A stretch of DNA of 64,000 nucleotides from an uncultured Planctomycetaceae bacterium (GTDB lineage: Bacteria > Planctomycetota > Phycisphaerae > SM23-33): NCBI GenBank assembly GCA_964557575.1, contig CAZLBC010000013.1:5758-69757 (forward strand), given 5' to 3'. Both the position numbers and the translations under genes were made by a program. Under the pieces are notes generated by a model, which had not been told where the DNA came from, made no database searches, and saw only the letters and a list, made by a program, of their open reading frames with translations. This document shows positions 19,475 through 35,535 of the stretch, piece after piece (within the stretch, counting starts at the first letter, position 1; the number at the start of each line of letters is the position of its first letter).

Positions 19475-20125
19475 CTATCCGCATGATAGCGACTTACATA
19501 TATCCACGTATCCCCCCTTGGGACCGGGTACCACACCCTTTACCAGCAACAGGTTGTTCTCAACGTCAACCCTGATTAAACGCAGTTCGCGTGATGTCAC
19601 GTTTTTACCACCCATTCTCCCCGCCATCCTCTTGCCCTTTTTGATTTTTCCACCGGTTCCCAGGTTCGTACCGTGCCCGGCGATTGACCCGGGATGGCGG
19701 TCTCTCCGCTTGGTTCCATGGGTGGCCTTCAACCCGCAGAAATTATAACGCCGCATGACGCCGGCAAAACCCTTTCCTTTACTTGTGCCTTTAACGTCAA
19801 CCGACGCGACATCTTCAAACAGCGCAACGGTCAGTTCACTGCCCGGCTCACATTCCTCCGGCAATTCGTCGAGACGCACTTCGCTGACATACTTCTTGGG
19901 AGTCGTGTCGACTTTTGCAGCATGGCCGATAGCCGACTTCGTGGCCCGGTGAGGCCGCACTTCCTCATAACCCAACTGTATCGCGTTGTAACCGTCGGTC
20001 TCAGAGGTCTTCACCTGCAACACGGTACAGGGCCCCGCCTCTACGACAGTCACGGGATGCAGAACGCCCTCTTCGTCGTATACCTGAGTCATGCCGATCT
20101 TTTTGCCGAGTATCGCAGGGTACAT
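19475..20125 (-). CDS. rplC: 50S ribosomal protein L3
   Basis: MYPAILGKKIGMTQVYDEEGVLHPVTVVEAGPCTV matches L3. Confidence 0.9.
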   Translation of the reverse strand: MYPAILGKKIGMTQVYDEEGVLHPVTVVEAGPCTVLQVKTSETDGYNAIQLGYEEVRPHRATKSAIGHAAKVDTTPKKYVSEVRLDELPEECEPGSELTVALFEDVASVDVKGTSKGKGFAGVMRRYNFCGLKATHGTKRRDRHPGSIAGHGTNLGTGGKIKKGKRMAGRMGGKNVTSRELRLIRVDVENNLLLVKGVVPGPKGGYVDICKSLSCG

Positions 20126-20192
20126 TGTTATTTCTTTATTTATCCTTGGCTCATTTCTTGAGATAACTGACGCTCTCGCTACAACTGCCGAC

Positions 20193-20501
20193 CTAAGCCT
20201 TTATCTTCACAAATACACCGGCGGGTACAACGAGCCGGTTCAACGCTTCAATAGTGCGAACCGTCGGTTCATAGATATCGATAAGTCTTTTATGGGTCCT
20301 CATTTCAAACTGTTCTCGGGATTTTTTGTTGACGTGCGGGCTGCGAAGAAGCGTGTACCGCTCGATTCTCGTGGGCAAGGGAATGGGCCCGCACGCCCGG
20401 GCACCGGTCCGCTCCGCATGCTCAGCTATCTCGGAGGCGGATGCATCCAGCGCCCGATGGTCGTAGGCCTCCATTCGAATTCTAATCTTATCCTGCACCA
20501 T
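20193..20501 (-). CDS. rpsJ: 30S ribosomal protein S10
   Basis: [71 protein letters not shown] matches S10; GGGAG Shine-Dalgarno 10 nt upstream. Confidence 0.9.
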   Translation of the reverse strand: MVQDKIRIRMEAYDHRALDASASEIAEHAERTGARACGPIPLPTRIERYTLLRSPHVNKKSREQFEMRTHKRLIDIYEPTVRTIEALNRLVVPAGVFVKIKA

Positions 20502-20727
20502 GTATTAATGCTCCCAAGCCGGCTTGAATATCCGCACTTGTACTCTGTAGTAATACGGTTACTTTTCCAGAGGTGCTTTACGAGGTAAAGCATACTAACA
20601 GTTTGCCTGCAGCGGCGCAGGCGATTCGCATGTAAACGCCCTGTTCAATACGATCCAATAGGTCGTAAATAGCCAGCTTACAGGCAACTTACGTCAATTC
20701 AAAACAACCGTTGTATTGCAGAACCAG

Positions 20728-20760
20728 ATAAAGTTACAGAGAACTGCATTTTTGTCAATC
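20728..20760 (-). promoter_or_regulatory. Candidate sigma70-type promoter in the 431-nt fusA-rpsJ spacer (S10 operon leader region)
   Basis: Minus-strand TTGACA (20753-20758) followed ~16 nt later by TAACTT (weak -10). Lies in an AT-rich spacer that also contains a short GC hairpin (gcctgc agcggc gcaggc) nearer rpsJ. Confidence 0.25.
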
Positions 20761-20932
20761 GCCAATTACAGGGTTTTTCGTTTTTTTTCTTGTTTTTACG
20801 TGTAATTCGGTCGCGGTCCCACCCGAAAACCACTTTTCGGTACAAAACATGGTGCTCAGCAACGCGAGCCGTCGATTGAGGCCGACGAAAAGCGGCGGCA
20901 AAAGACCCGTTTGCAGCCGGACCGGATTGTGG

Positions 20933-23011
20933 TTATAAGGTCCTGAATATCTTCTTCGCCAGATTCGCGGGGACGGGGGCGTACTTGAGTGGTTCCATGG
21001 TTTCGTTGCCGCGGCCCTGGGTGAGTGATCGCAATTGGGTGGTGTAGCCGAACAGTTCCATGAGGGGAACTTCGGCAACGAGAATCCGGTAGTTCGCTCT
21101 CTTGACCTGCCGGCGAATCACGCCGCGTTTGGCCGTGACATCGCCCGTGACGGCTCCGAAATATTCCTCGGGGGTGGTGATTCCCAGTTTCATGATCGGC
21201 TCGAGAAACGCGGGCTCGGCTTTCTCCACGGCCTGGTCGAAGGCATGCACGGCGGCCTGCCGGAAAGCGACGTCGCTGCTGTCTTCCTGGTGAGCGGTTC
21301 CGTCCAGGATCACGATCCTGATATTCTGCATCGGATAGCCGGCCTGGGGGCCCGACGTCGTGGCGTCCGCGATACCCTCTTTTACGGAGGGAATAAAGGT
21401 GTCCGGTATCGCATCACCGCTGAGATCTTCGATTTCGAACCCGGACTCATCGAACTCGGCGGCTTCCACTCGCAGCCGAACCGCGGCGAAATGCCGCTTC
21501 CCACCGATCTCCCTGTCGAACACGCCTTCTTCCTCGGCCGAACCGAGGACGGTTTCCCGGTAGGTAACCCGCGGCTTGCCCACGCGCACGTTCAGCTTGA
21601 AATCGCGGACTATCTTATTCTTGATGACATCGAGGTGCAGTTCGCCCATTCCCGAAATAACCGTCTGTCCCGTATCCTCGTTGAGGTAATGATGGAAGCT
21701 GGGATCTTCGCGCTCAAGCTTCAGCAGACACGTCATCAGGGCTTCCTTGTCGGCGTTCGTTTCGGGTTCAATCGACATCGAAATCACCGGCTCGGGGAAC
21801 ACCGGAGATTCAAGGATAATCGGCGCCCTCGTATCACATAAGGTATCCCCCGTCACACTCTTCCGCAATCCGACGATCGCCGCGATGTCACCGGCCTGAA
21901 TGTTGTCGCGGGGTATGCGCTTGTTTGCATACATTTCCCATATGCGGGTCACATTTTCTTTTTCATCACGAGTGCTGTCGAGTATGCGCGTCCCCGCGGT
22001 CAGAGTTCCGCTGTACACCCTGATATAATTGAGATCACCATGGCTGTCTGATGTTATCTTGAATACCAGCGCACAAAACGGGGCTTCCGGATCCGCCTCC
22101 CGGGTTATCTCCTTCGCATGCTTACCCGGCTCGGTCCCTCTGACGGGCGGAACGTCCAGTGGAGAGGGCAGAAACCGCTTTACCGCATCCAGGAGGGGGC
22201 GAATCCCCCTGTGCTTCAGTGCCGAACCGCACAGAACAGGATGCAGCGCGGATGCGATGGTTCCCCGGCGAACAGCATCCAGCAGTTCGTCGTCGGAAAT
22301 CGGCTCGTCCCCGAGATACTTCTCCATCAACTGATCGTCGCACTCGGCGACCTTTTCTACGAGTTCGTGACGGGCCGCTTCGACCTTTTCCCGCAAGTCC
22401 GCCGGCACGGGTTCCTCCCGGAGGCTGGTGGCCACATCGGCGGGATCATAGAAATACGCCTTCCGTTCTATCAGGTCGATCTGGCCGCAAAAATGATCTC
22501 CATGCCCCATGGGGATCTGGAGACACACGGGATTACCGTGGAGAATTGAAGTGATTTCAGCTACCGTCTTTTCGAAATCAGCGCCGATCCGGTCCATTTT
22601 ATTTATGAAACACAATCGGGGAATGGCGTAATGATCGGCCTGTCTCCATACTGTTTCACTCTGGGCTTCAACGCCCCCAACACTGCACAGGACCATTATT
22701 GCCCCGTCCAGCACGCGGAGTGACCGTTCGACTTCGACGGTAAAATCAACGTGACCGGGAGTGTCTATCAGGTTAAACCGGCAATCGTCCCACTCGAGGC
22801 TGGTCGCCGCAGACGTGATGGTGATCCCCCGCTGCTGTTCTTCCTGAAGATAGTCCGTAACGGTTGTCCCGTCGTGAACCTCCCCGATTTTATGCGTCCG
22901 CCCCGCGAAATAGAGAACCCGTTCGGTAACGGTTGTCTTGCCGGCATCTATGTGTGCCATAATGCCGATATTACGTATCTTTACGAGCGGTGAGGACATG
23001 AGGAAAGCCAC
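20933..23011 (-). CDS. fusA: Elongation factor G
   Basis: G1 motif AHIDAGKTT; EF-G domains II-V (e.g. ...GELHLDVIKNKIVRDFKL...); follows rpsG as in str operons. Confidence 0.9.
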   Translation of the reverse strand: MAFLMSSPLVKIRNIGIMAHIDAGKTTVTERVLYFAGRTHKIGEVHDGTTVTDYLQEEQQRGITITSAATSLEWDDCRFNLIDTPGHVDFTVEVERSLRVLDGAIMVLCSVGGVEAQSETVWRQADHYAIPRLCFINKMDRIGADFEKTVAEITSILHGNPVCLQIPMGHGDHFCGQIDLIERKAYFYDPADVATSLREEPVPADLREKVEAARHELVEKVAECDDQLMEKYLGDEPISDDELLDAVRRGTIASALHPVLCGSALKHRGIRPLLDAVKRFLPSPLDVPPVRGTEPGKHAKEITREADPEAPFCALVFKITSDSHGDLNYIRVYSGTLTAGTRILDSTRDEKENVTRIWEMYANKRIPRDNIQAGDIAAIVGLRKSVTGDTLCDTRAPIILESPVFPEPVISMSIEPETNADKEALMTCLLKLEREDPSFHHYLNEDTGQTVISGMGELHLDVIKNKIVRDFKLNVRVGKPRVTYRETVLGSAEEEGVFDREIGGKRHFAAVRLRVEAAEFDESGFEIEDLSGDAIPDTFIPSVKEGIADATTSGPQAGYPMQNIRIVILDGTAHQEDSSDVAFRQAAVHAFDQAVEKAEPAFLEPIMKLGITTPEEYFGAVTGDVTAKRGVIRRQVKRANYRILVAEVPLMELFGYTTQLRSLTQGRGNETMEPLKYAPVPANLAKKIFRTL

Positions 23012-23084
23012 AGAGAAACGGCGACACTAATCGTAACGACTGTGCGCCGACCTGAAAGATAAATCATGGCGGACGATCCGAACA

Positions 23085-23561
23085 TTACCAGGCGAAATGA
23101 GCAAATGCCTTATTGGCTTCTGCCATCCTGTGTATCTGCTCCCTCTTTCGCATGGCTTCCCCCTCCCCGTTGAACGCATTCATCAATTCCTCGGCGGCCC
23201 GCTCCGGCGTGGGACGACCGTTGCGGTTGCGAATGGCATCTCTCATCCACCGCATGGAGAGGGAAAGCTGCCTTTTGCTGCTTACGGGCATCGGCACCTG
23301 GTACGTGGCGCCCCCGACGCGCTTCGGCCTGACTTCAATCAACGGTTTGAGATTGTCGATAGCCTTTTCAAACAACTCGACGGGGGGCACGTCGGGCTTT
23401 TTCTCTGCAAGAATAACGAGTGCATCATACATCATTTTTCTCGCGATGCTCTTCTTCCCGTCCAGCATCATTATGTTGATAAATTTCGCCAGGAGCGAAC
23501 TGCCGTACTTGGGATCCGGCGGCGGCGTCATCGTCGAGACGGTATATTTTTTTCTGCCCAT
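23085..23561 (-). CDS. rpsG: 30S ribosomal protein S7
   Basis: PDPKYGSSLLAKFINIMMLDGKKSIARKMMYDAL matches S7. Confidence 0.9.
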   Translation of the reverse strand: MGRKKYTVSTMTPPPDPKYGSSLLAKFINIMMLDGKKSIARKMMYDALVILAEKKPDVPPVELFEKAIDNLKPLIEVRPKRVGGATYQVPMPVSSKRQLSLSMRWMRDAIRNRNGRPTPERAAEELMNAFNGEGEAMRKREQIHRMAEANKAFAHFAW

Positions 23562-23618
23562 GCTGTCCTTCCATTACCTGCCGTTGCACAACGCGCGATG
23601 ATGTGCGTGTGCGTGTTA

Positions 23619-23987
23619 CTAGCCTTTCTTAGCTCCGTACTTACTGCGGGATTGCTTTCTTCCTTCAACGCCCAGCGCGTCGAGGGTGCCCCTGATAACG
23701 TGGTACCTGACACCCGGAAGATCCCGAACCCGTCCTCCCCGAACCAGAACAATACTATGTTCCTGCAGGTTGTGGTCGATACCGGGGATGTACGCGTTTA
23801 TCTCTCTTCCGTTGCTGAGTCGAACCCGGGCAACCTTGCGAAGGGCGGAGTTCGGCTTCTTGGGCGTAACCGTCTTTACCATCAGGCACACCCCTCTCTT
23901 CTGGGGACAACTTCCGAGCGCAGGATTCTTCTTTTTCTTCTTTTGTTTCCTGCGACCTTTACGTATTAGTTGATTTACTGTCGGCAT
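23619..23987 (-). CDS. rpsL: 30S ribosomal protein S12
   Basis: [14 protein letters not shown]...[59 protein letters not shown] matches S12. Confidence 0.9.
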   Translation of the reverse strand: MPTVNQLIRKGRRKQKKKKKNPALGSCPQKRGVCLMVKTVTPKKPNSALRKVARVRLSNGREINAYIPGIDHNLQEHSIVLVRGGRVRDLPGVRYHVIRGTLDALGVEGRKQSRSKYGAKKG

Positions 23988-24067
23988 TAGCGTTTCACCT
24001 TGATTGCAGTGGTTTCAATTTATACCTCATAACCGCGAAAATACCATGGAGATTCACATAAAAAGCG

Positions 24068-28381
<4,314 letters not shown>

Positions 28382-28453
28382 TGTCTATCTTCTCCAAGGA
28401 GTTCGATCTCGCAGGCTTATTGTCGGATAATCCACAAAGACGTTCGAAATCAT

Positions 28454-31400
28454 CTACAGATCACGCAACAGTTTCTTTTTCTCAAGTTGTATATTCAGGC
28501 CAAGACCCCGGAGTTCATTACACAGAACATCAAAACTCACCGGCGTTCCCGCCTCCAGCCGGTTATTTCCTTTGACCATGGATTCGTATACCTTGGTCCG
28601 GCCCTCGACATCATCACTTTTAACGGTGAGCATCTCCTGCAGAGTATAACTGGCACCGTATGCCTCCAGGCCCCAGACCTCCATTTCACCGAATCGCTGG
28701 CCGCCGGTACGCGCCTTGCCGCCCAGGGGCTGCTGGGTAATGAGCGAGTACGGCCCCGTAGCCCTGGCATGAATCTTTTCATCGACCAGGTGATGAAGCT
28801 TGTTCATGTATATGTAGCCGACCACCACCTTCTGCTGAAAGTACTCACCGGTCCGCCCGTCTCTGAGGCGGCACTTGCCGTCACGCGGCATCTCAAAAAG
28901 TATTTCACCTGATTCGCCGGCCGTCTGCACAACCTCGATCTGTTCTCTGCGGGAACGAACGTGCTCGTTGGCTTCCTCGATCAGGTCGAATATTTCCTGT
29001 TCCTTGGCACTGTCGAATACCGGGGTCACGGCCTGGAAACCGAGAATGCTGGCCGACCATCCAAGATGAGTCTCGAGTATCTGGCCGAGATTCATCCTGC
29101 TGGGAACGCCGAGGGGATTCAATAATAGTTCCACCGGCGTGCCGTCTTCCAGGAACGGCATATCCTCTTCAGGAAGTATACGGGCGATAACTCCCTTGTT
29201 GCCGTGCCTGCCCGCCATCTTGTCGCCAACGCCGAGTTTTCGCTTCGTCGCCACGCGAACCTTGACCATCTCCAGGACACCGGACGGCAACTCGTCTCCC
29301 CGTTTCATGTGTTCGAGACGACGATCTCGCTCTTTCTGGATCTCTTCGATGCGAGCCCAGTACTGATCGCGTATCTCGGCGGCTTTCGCCTTTTGCTGGG
29401 CCGATCCCTTGAACCATTTGTCGGAAAAACTCTCCACCTGTTCCATGATCACCTCGACGCTCTCGCTCTGGCCCACCTTCTGCCGCGTTCCGGAATCGAT
29501 CATTTCCGACTTCAGGATATCGTTGAGTTGGAGACACATTTTCTTGAACACGTGAACAATGCGCCCGTTCATCTCATCCTCGTAATCCTCCGCCTCCTGC
29601 TTCAGTTGCTTCTTGCGATTGTCCGAGAGATGTACTCTCCGGGAAAACCGGGCGGTGTCGATAACAACCCCCTCTTCGCCGGCAGGCAATTCGAGGCTGT
29701 CGTTTTTCACGTCTTCCCCGGCACGGCCGAAAATGGCGTGAAGAAGTTTCTCTTCGGGACTCAGTTCGGTTTTCGATTTCGGCGTTACCTTCCCGGCCAG
29801 TATATCACCGGCCTGAACACGGGTACCAACCCTGACAACACCGTGTTCGTCAAGGTTGCCGAGGGCCTTCTCCGAGACATTCGGGATGTCCCGGGTGAAC
29901 TCCTCCCGCCCGAGCTTTGTCTCGCGAACATCGACCTCGTATTCCTCGAGGTGAACCGACGTAAACACATCTTCCTTGACCAGTTTCTCGCTGATCAGGA
30001 TGGCATCTTCAAAATTGTATCCCTCGAACGGCATGAAGGCCACCAGGACATTTCTCCCGAGTGCCAGTTCGCCGCAATCACACCCCGAACCGTCCGCGAT
30101 AATTTGCCCTTGCTTAACCTTGTCACCCTCGGCAACGACAGGCGTCTGATTCAGGCATGCCTTTTCATTGAGGCGCTTAAATTTTCGGAGTTCGTACTCG
30201 TCTGAATTATCGATAACGATGGTCAGGGCATCGACATAGGTCACCTCGCCGGATTTTCTGGCTTTTACCACGAAATCGGTGTTTTCGGCCACCACTTTTT
30301 CCATACCCGTCGCCACAATCGGTGCCTCGGTGCTGAGCAGCGGTACCGCCTGTCTCTGCATGTTGGAGCCCATGAGGGCCCGGTTCGCATCGTCGTGCTC
30401 AAGAAACGGGATCAGTGAAGCGGAGACCCCCACGATCTGCTTGGGAGAAATATCGATGTATTCGACTTCTTCGCTCTCCACGGTGCTCAACTCGCCATGT
30501 ACCCGGCCAAGCACGCGCCCCTTTTGCAGGTAGGTATTGTCACCGCGGACCGTGATATTATTCAGCACTTCAGGCGGGGTAAGAACGGCCCGCATTTCCT
30601 CGTCCGCCCGGAGCTGGCTGGCTTCGTCCAGGATCTTCCGGTTTTCAACCTTTCTGTACGGTGTCGTCAGAAAACCGTAATCATCTACGCCGGCGTAAAT
30701 GGCGAGGGAGCTGATCAGGCCGATGTTGCTTCCTTCGGGGGTTTCGATCGGACATATCCTTCCATAGTGGCTGATATGCACATCACGAACCTCGAAGCCG
30801 GCCCTTTTCCTGTTGAGCCCGCCGGGTCCCAGTGCCGAAAGCCGCCGCTCATGCGTCAGCTGCGCGAGCGGGTTCTGCTGGTCGACGACCTGAGACAGTT
30901 CACTGCGCCCGAAGAAATAATCTATGCTGCTTGAAATACTCTTCGAGTTCACGAGTTCCGCGATCTTGTCTATGGAATCCGGATCCTTGAGACTCATTCG
31001 CTCCTGCACCGTCCTGCGAAACTTCAGCAATCCCTTGCGGATTTCATCGCCGGCAAGTTCATCGATGGTTCTCAATCGACGGTTTCCCAGGTGATCGATG
31101 TCGTCGACCTCACCTTCGCCGTTGCGCAGTTTCATAAGGTAATCGATCGTCGCAATAATGTCTCTTACCGCGAGGGTCATGGTATCGGGCGAAACATCCA
31201 GCTCGAACTTGCGGTTGATCCTGAAACGTCCCACTTTTCCGAGCTGGTAGCGGTTTTCGTCGAAGAACTTCTCCTGGAAAAGCGTTTCCGCCTTCTCACG
31301 GTTGGGGGGATTGCCCGGACGAAGCCGGGCGTACATCATAAGAAGTGCGGTCTCGTAATCGTCGGCGGGATCCTCGCCGATGGTATTCATGACGAGGGGA

Positions 31401-32224
31401 TCGATATTCCCTGAAACCACCTCGATCTTCCGCTTGGCAGTCGCGATAATCTGCTCTAAGGCATCACCGACCTGCCCACCGGGACATACCAGTTCCTCCC
31501 CGGAATCGGGATCCGTGTACCCTTCGACCAGGTACATGCGGGGATTGAGGTCTTTGGCGTCGACTTTTTCTGCCTCGTAAAATTCCCGAATGATCGCCGG
31601 GGTTTCGCCGTAATGTTCATCCATACACCGCAAAAACAACGTCGCCGGAATCTTGCTCGACTGGTCGATCCTCATGGAAACGGAATCTTTTTTGGTCACC
31701 GCCATTTCGATCCAGCTGCCCCGCTGGGGAATGACTCTGATGCCGTGAAGGGGGCGGTCGGATTCCTGTTTCTCGACGGTGAAGTCGACTCCCGGCGATC
31801 GATGCAACTGAGAAACGATAACCCGATCGGCGCCGTTGATGATGAACTCTCCGCCGCCTATCATCGTGGGGATTTCCCCGAGAAAAACGCTTTCCTCCAG
31901 CACTTCCTTGACATCTTTGCGCATCAGGCGGCACCGTATGCGAAAAGGCCGGCCGTAGGTCAGGTGCAGATCACGGCACTCCTGCTCTTTGTGGCGATTT
32001 TCACCGAGTTCGTAGTGAAGATACTCCAACTTCATCGACTCGTCGTAACTCACAATGGGAAATATTTCCTTCAGCAGGGCTTCGAGACCCGTTTTCTTTC
32101 TCTTTTCGGGTTCCGCATCTTCCTGCAGGAACTCGGTGTATCTCTTCAACTGGAGTTCCTGGAGGTTCGGGACCCCCCGTATGTCGCCAATTCTGCTGAA
32201 ATCGCGAATCTTCTTGGGTGCCAT
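28454..32224 (-). CDS. rpoB: DNA-directed RNA polymerase subunit beta
   Basis: 1256 aa with conserved RpoB blocks (e.g. ...[19 protein letters not shown]...). Confidence 0.95.
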   Translation of the reverse strand: MAPKKIRDFSRIGDIRGVPNLQELQLKRYTEFLQEDAEPEKRKKTGLEALLKEIFPIVSYDESMKLEYLHYELGENRHKEQECRDLHLTYGRPFRIRCRLMRKDVKEVLEESVFLGEIPTMIGGGEFIINGADRVIVSQLHRSPGVDFTVEKQESDRPLHGIRVIPQRGSWIEMAVTKKDSVSMRIDQSSKIPATLFLRCMDEHYGETPAIIREFYEAEKVDAKDLNPRMYLVEGYTDPDSGEELVCPGGQVGDALEQIIATAKRKIEVVSGNIDPLVMNTIGEDPADDYETALLMMYARLRPGNPPNREKAETLFQEKFFDENRYQLGKVGRFRINRKFELDVSPDTMTLAVRDIIATIDYLMKLRNGEGEVDDIDHLGNRRLRTIDELAGDEIRKGLLKFRRTVQERMSLKDPDSIDKIAELVNSKSISSSIDYFFGRSELSQVVDQQNPLAQLTHERRLSALGPGGLNRKRAGFEVRDVHISHYGRICPIETPEGSNIGLISSLAIYAGVDDYGFLTTPYRKVENRKILDEASQLRADEEMRAVLTPPEVLNNITVRGDNTYLQKGRVLGRVHGELSTVESEEVEYIDISPKQIVGVSASLIPFLEHDDANRALMGSNMQRQAVPLLSTEAPIVATGMEKVVAENTDFVVKARKSGEVTYVDALTIVIDNSDEYELRKFKRLNEKACLNQTPVVAEGDKVKQGQIIADGSGCDCGELALGRNVLVAFMPFEGYNFEDAILISEKLVKEDVFTSVHLEEYEVDVRETKLGREEFTRDIPNVSEKALGNLDEHGVVRVGTRVQAGDILAGKVTPKSKTELSPEEKLLHAIFGRAGEDVKNDSLELPAGEEGVVIDTARFSRRVHLSDNRKKQLKQEAEDYEDEMNGRIVHVFKKMCLQLNDILKSEMIDSGTRQKVGQSESVEVIMEQVESFSDKWFKGSAQQKAKAAEIRDQYWARIEEIQKERDRRLEHMKRGDELPSGVLEMVKVRVATKRKLGVGDKMAGRHGNKGVIARILPEEDMPFLEDGTPVELLLNPLGVPSRMNLGQILETHLGWSASILGFQAVTPVFDSAKEQEIFDLIEEANEHVRSRREQIEVVQTAGESGEILFEMPRDGKCRLRDGRTGEYFQQKVVVGYIYMNKLHHLVDEKIHARATGPYSLITQQPLGGKARTGGQRFGEMEVWGLEAYGASYTLQEMLTVKSDDVEGRTKVYESMVKGNNRLEAGTPVSFDVLCNELRGLGLNIQLEKKKLLRDL

Positions 32225-32279
32225 ATAAATGACCTCGCCTATGGTAATATGAAAGGAGTGCCGGTCGCAGGGATCGGGA

Positions 32280-32732
32280 CTACTCCACGGCAGCCGTGGC
32301 GCCGGCTTCTTCCAACACCTTCAGGGCTTCTTCGGCTTCTTCTTTCGGAACATCTTCCTTGACGGCCTTGGGCGCGTCCTCCACGAGGGCCTTGGCTTCC
32401 TTCAGCCCCAGGCTTGTCAGTGACCGTACCGCCTTGATTACCTGGATCTTCTTGTCTCCCGCGTCCTTGAGCACGACACTGAAGCTCGTCTGTTCTTCTT
32501 CGGCCGCTTCGTCTCCGCCCGCGGCGGGACCGGCCATCATGACGGGGCCCCCGGCGGGTTCGATGTCGTATTCCTGCTTCAGGTAATCCTTGAGATCGAC
32601 TGCCTCATTCAGGGACAATGCGGCAATCTTGTCGCCCAACTCCACAATAGCCTTATCGAACTCTTTTTTCTCACTCGATTCTGCTGCCTCTTTGGTTTCT
32701 TCCGCTGCTTCTTTTTTTTCTTCTGCCATCAT
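32280..32732 (-). CDS. rplL: 50S ribosomal protein L7/L12
   Basis: Ala/Glu-rich hinge and C-terminal domain ...[13 protein letters not shown]. Confidence 0.9.
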   Translation of the reverse strand: MMAEEKKEAAEETKEAAESSEKKEFDKAIVELGDKIAALSLNEAVDLKDYLKQEYDIEPAGGPVMMAGPAAGGDEAAEEEQTSFSVVLKDAGDKKIQVIKAVRSLTSLGLKEAKALVEDAPKAVKEDVPKEEAEEALKVLEEAGATAAVE

Positions 32733-32852
32733 TTTTCCTTCTATTAGAAATTGAACAAAGGCGACCTGATAGGCGAGACCCCGCCGGCCTCATTTAAACC
32801 CGAGCAGTCGGGCCCAATCCGCGGTCGAAATATCCTGCTTTATAGATCTAAG

Positions 32853-33380
32853 CTAATCGGCGTCACTCGCCTTTTTCTCCACTGATTCGATGAGGCTTGC
32901 GATCTGCCCGGCCGGGCCGATCAGCGCGCCCGCGACAGCGGCGCCGCAGGAGATGACGCACTGGACGACCTGTCCGATCGCCTCTTCTCTGGTCGGATAG
33001 TTGCTGAGGGTCTCAATTTCAGCTTCGCCCCGGAAGATATCACCGGAGAGCATCGCCGACTTGACCGCAACACCCGGGGTTCCCTTTCCGAAATCAATCA
33101 GTTCCCGAACCACCGTCACCACGCTGTCGCCACCCCAGGCAACCGCACAGGGACCCTCGAAGAGGTCGGCAAGATCTTGATCTCCGCGTTCCCTGAAAAC
33201 ATGCCGGGCAACGGAGTTCTTGACCACGGAAACGTTGATCCCTTTTTCTTCCAGCCTGCCGCGCATTTGGGCGTTACCCTGCGCGTCCAGTCCGGTCAAG
33301 TCGCATATTGCCACCGAATCCAAACCCGCGAACCGGTCGGCAAGATCTTTCTTCATTAGTTCTTTAATTGGTTTGCTCAT
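32853..33380 (-). CDS. rplJ: 50S ribosomal protein L10
   Basis: L10 N-terminal domain; sits between rplA and rplL. Confidence 0.9.
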   Translation of the reverse strand: MSKPIKELMKKDLADRFAGLDSVAICDLTGLDAQGNAQMRGRLEEKGINVSVVKNSVARHVFRERGDQDLADLFEGPCAVAWGGDSVVTVVRELIDFGKGTPGVAVKSAMLSGDIFRGEAEIETLSNYPTREEAIGQVVQCVISCGAAVAGALIGPAGQIASLIESVEKKASDAD

Positions 33381-34072
33381 GATATCACCTGAAAACGTCC
33401 TGAGACATCCAGTTCAACGGACGGCGTCATCGTACCTGAAACGCACACTTTTCTGAGAAACTGGCCCTTGGTCACGGCCGGCCTGTTCTTTCGGACATGA
33501 TCGACGAAAAACTGAATATTTTCCGTGAGCGTGTCTGTGTCAAAGCTCATTTTTCCGACCGGCAGATGTATGTTGCCCCCGTCGTCGTTCCGATATTCGA
33601 ACTTACCGGCCGCGAATTCCTTCACGGCTTGTTCGATATCGTCCGTGACGGTGCCGGCCTTGGGAGACGGCATAAGGCCGGAGGGGCCAAGGACACGACC
33701 GAGCTTGGATACATTCTTCATCATGGAAGGATGCGCCACGGCGACATCGAATTCCATCCAGCCATCCTGAACCCTCGAGACCAGGTCATCGCCGCCTGCT
33801 TCAACGGCGCCGGCTTCCCTGGCGGCTTCGACACGGTCCTCGGGGCAAAAGGCTATGACCTTTTTGGATTTTCCGATGCCGTGCGGCAGCGCGATCGAGC
33901 CCCGCAGGCGCTGATCCGCCTGCTTGGAATCGATGCCGAGTGACATAACCAACTCGACGGTCATATCGAAATGGGCTTTTTCAAACGACTTGAGAATCTC
34001 CACACCTTCCCGTATACCGACTTTGCCGGTCGGTTTCTTCTCAAGCGACTTCCTGTATTTCTTGGAATCCAT
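33377..34072 (-). CDS. rplA: 50S ribosomal protein L1
   Basis: Start trimmed to ATG 34070-34072 (MDSKKYRKSLEK...), preceded by an AGGAG Shine-Dalgarno. The track ORF begins 15 codons upstream. Confidence 0.85.
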   Translation of the reverse strand: MDSKKYRKSLEKKPTGKVGIREGVEILKSFEKAHFDMTVELVMSLGIDSKQADQRLRGSIALPHGIGKSKKVIAFCPEDRVEAAREAGAVEAGGDDLVSRVQDGWMEFDVAVAHPSMMKNVSKLGRVLGPSGLMPSPKAGTVTDDIEQAVKEFAAGKFEYRNDDGGNIHLPVGKMSFDTDTLTENIQFFVDHVRKNRPAVTKGQFLRKVCVSGTMTPSVELDVSGRFQVIS

Positions 34073-34158
34073 GCAGTTACTCCTGGCGGCCGGCATTCCG
34101 GCCTCCCACCATTTCAAGGCCGGTGGTCGTGCCTGTTAATGAGATCAAGAGCGGTGAC

Positions 34159-34587
34159 TTATTCACCCTCCACGATAATACCCATTGATCGGGCGGTGCC
34201 CGCAATGATCTTCGCGCCGGCATTCACATCCCGCGCCGACAGATCCGCCAGCTTCCTCTCCGCTATCTCGCGGCACTGGTTCATAGATACCGTGCCGACC
34301 TTTTCCCGGTTCGGTTCGCCGGAACCCTTCGCCAGTCCCGCCGCTTCTTTCAGCAGGACCGCGGCGGGGGGACTTTTGACGATAAACTCGTACGAGTTAT
34401 CGGCGAAGACCGTGATTTCGATGGGGACGGGAGTACCGTTTAAATCCTTGGTTCGCTCGTTGAACTGGGATATGAATTGCCCGATGTTAACGCCGTGGGC
34501 ACCCAGCGCAGGGCCGATCGGCGGTGCGGGAGTGGCCTGTCCGCCCGGCGCCTGAACCTTTATTTTTCCAGCAATCTTTTTGGCCAT
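34159..34587 (-). CDS. rplK: 50S ribosomal protein L11
   Basis: [48 protein letters not shown] matches L11. Confidence 0.9.
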   Translation of the reverse strand: MAKKIAGKIKVQAPGGQATPAPPIGPALGAHGVNIGQFISQFNERTKDLNGTPVPIEITVFADNSYEFIVKSPPAAVLLKEAAGLAKGSGEPNREKVGTVSMNQCREIAERKLADLSARDVNAGAKIIAGTARSMGIIVEGE

Positions 34588-34614
34588 GGGAACTTTTCGC
34601 CTCTTGATACGGAT

Positions 34615-35535
34615 TTAAGTCTTTTCAATCTGCCAGAACTCAAGCTCGACCGGGGTCGAACGGCCGAAAATGGTGGTCACGACCCGCGCGAGCCCCTTGT
34701 CGGGGAGTATTTCATCGACGATCCCCTCGAAATTCTCGAAAGCACCTTCCTTGATTTTGACCTGGTCTCCCTTGCTGAACTCGACGGAAATCGGCTCGCC
34801 CCCCTTCGCCTTCTCAACCTGCTGGAGCATCTTGTCGACATCATCCTGAGACATGGGCACGGGCTTGCCCGTGGAACCGATAAAATTACCGACACCGGGG
34901 GTATCCTTGATGGCGAACCAGGCGTCTTCCGCGACAGAGCCGTCTTCCTCGAGACGGAGTTGAATGAATATGTATCCCGGGTACAGTTTTTTATTGACTT
35001 CTTTCCTGCCCGCTTTTCCGGAAGCGGAATGACCTCTGCCCACGCGCCGCTTCTCGGTCGGCACCAGGATGCCGCCTATTTTCTCCTGCAGTTCGTCCAG
35101 GGACACCTTTTTCCTGAGGGCATCGCACACGGTGTCCTCGCGATTTGAGGCAACCCTGAGGACGCACCACTTCATTGACGGATCGTCCGAAATGGCAACC
35201 GCAGACTCCTCGTCGCTATCATCTTCGGCAGCGCCATCGCCGCCGGTTTCATCGCCGGCAACCTCCCCGGCAGTTTCCTCACCGGCAACCTCCTCGGCGG
35301 GAGCATCCGCTTGCTCGGTACCGGAAGAAGTCTGCTCAACGCCATTTTCGGGATCGACCGGCGGCGCAGCCGCGTCTTCTCCGGCCGTCCCGGTGTTGAC
35401 CGCTTCGGTATCATCCGCAACCGGGTGTTCCGGAACAGGCGCCGTATCGGGCGCCGCGGGAGAGGGATTCATTTCTTCAGCGTTCCCTGAAGAGGTGTCG
35501 CCGTTGCCGTCAATGTCGGTATCGTCAATATCCAT
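34615..35535 (-). CDS. nusG: Transcription termination/antitermination factor NusG with ~120-aa acidic low-complexity N-terminal extension
   Basis: C-terminal ~180 aa (MKWCVLRVASNREDTVCDAL...KGDQVKIKEGAFENFEGIVDEI) is canonical NusG NGN+KOW. The upstream 120 aa are D/E/A/G/T-rich. The shorter start at MKWCVLRV cannot be excluded. Confidence 0.85.
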   Translation of the reverse strand: MDIDDTDIDGNGDTSSGNAEEMNPSPAAPDTAPVPEHPVADDTEAVNTGTAGEDAAAPPVDPENGVEQTSSGTEQADAPAEEVAGEETAGEVAGDETGGDGAAEDDSDEESAVAISDDPSMKWCVLRVASNREDTVCDALRKKVSLDELQEKIGGILVPTEKRRVGRGHSASGKAGRKEVNKKLYPGYIFIQLRLEEDGSVAEDAWFAIKDTPGVGNFIGSTGKPVPMSQDDVDKMLQQVEKAKGGEPISVEFSKGDQVKIKEGAFENFEGIVDEILPDKGLARVVTTIFGRSTPVELEFWQIEKT

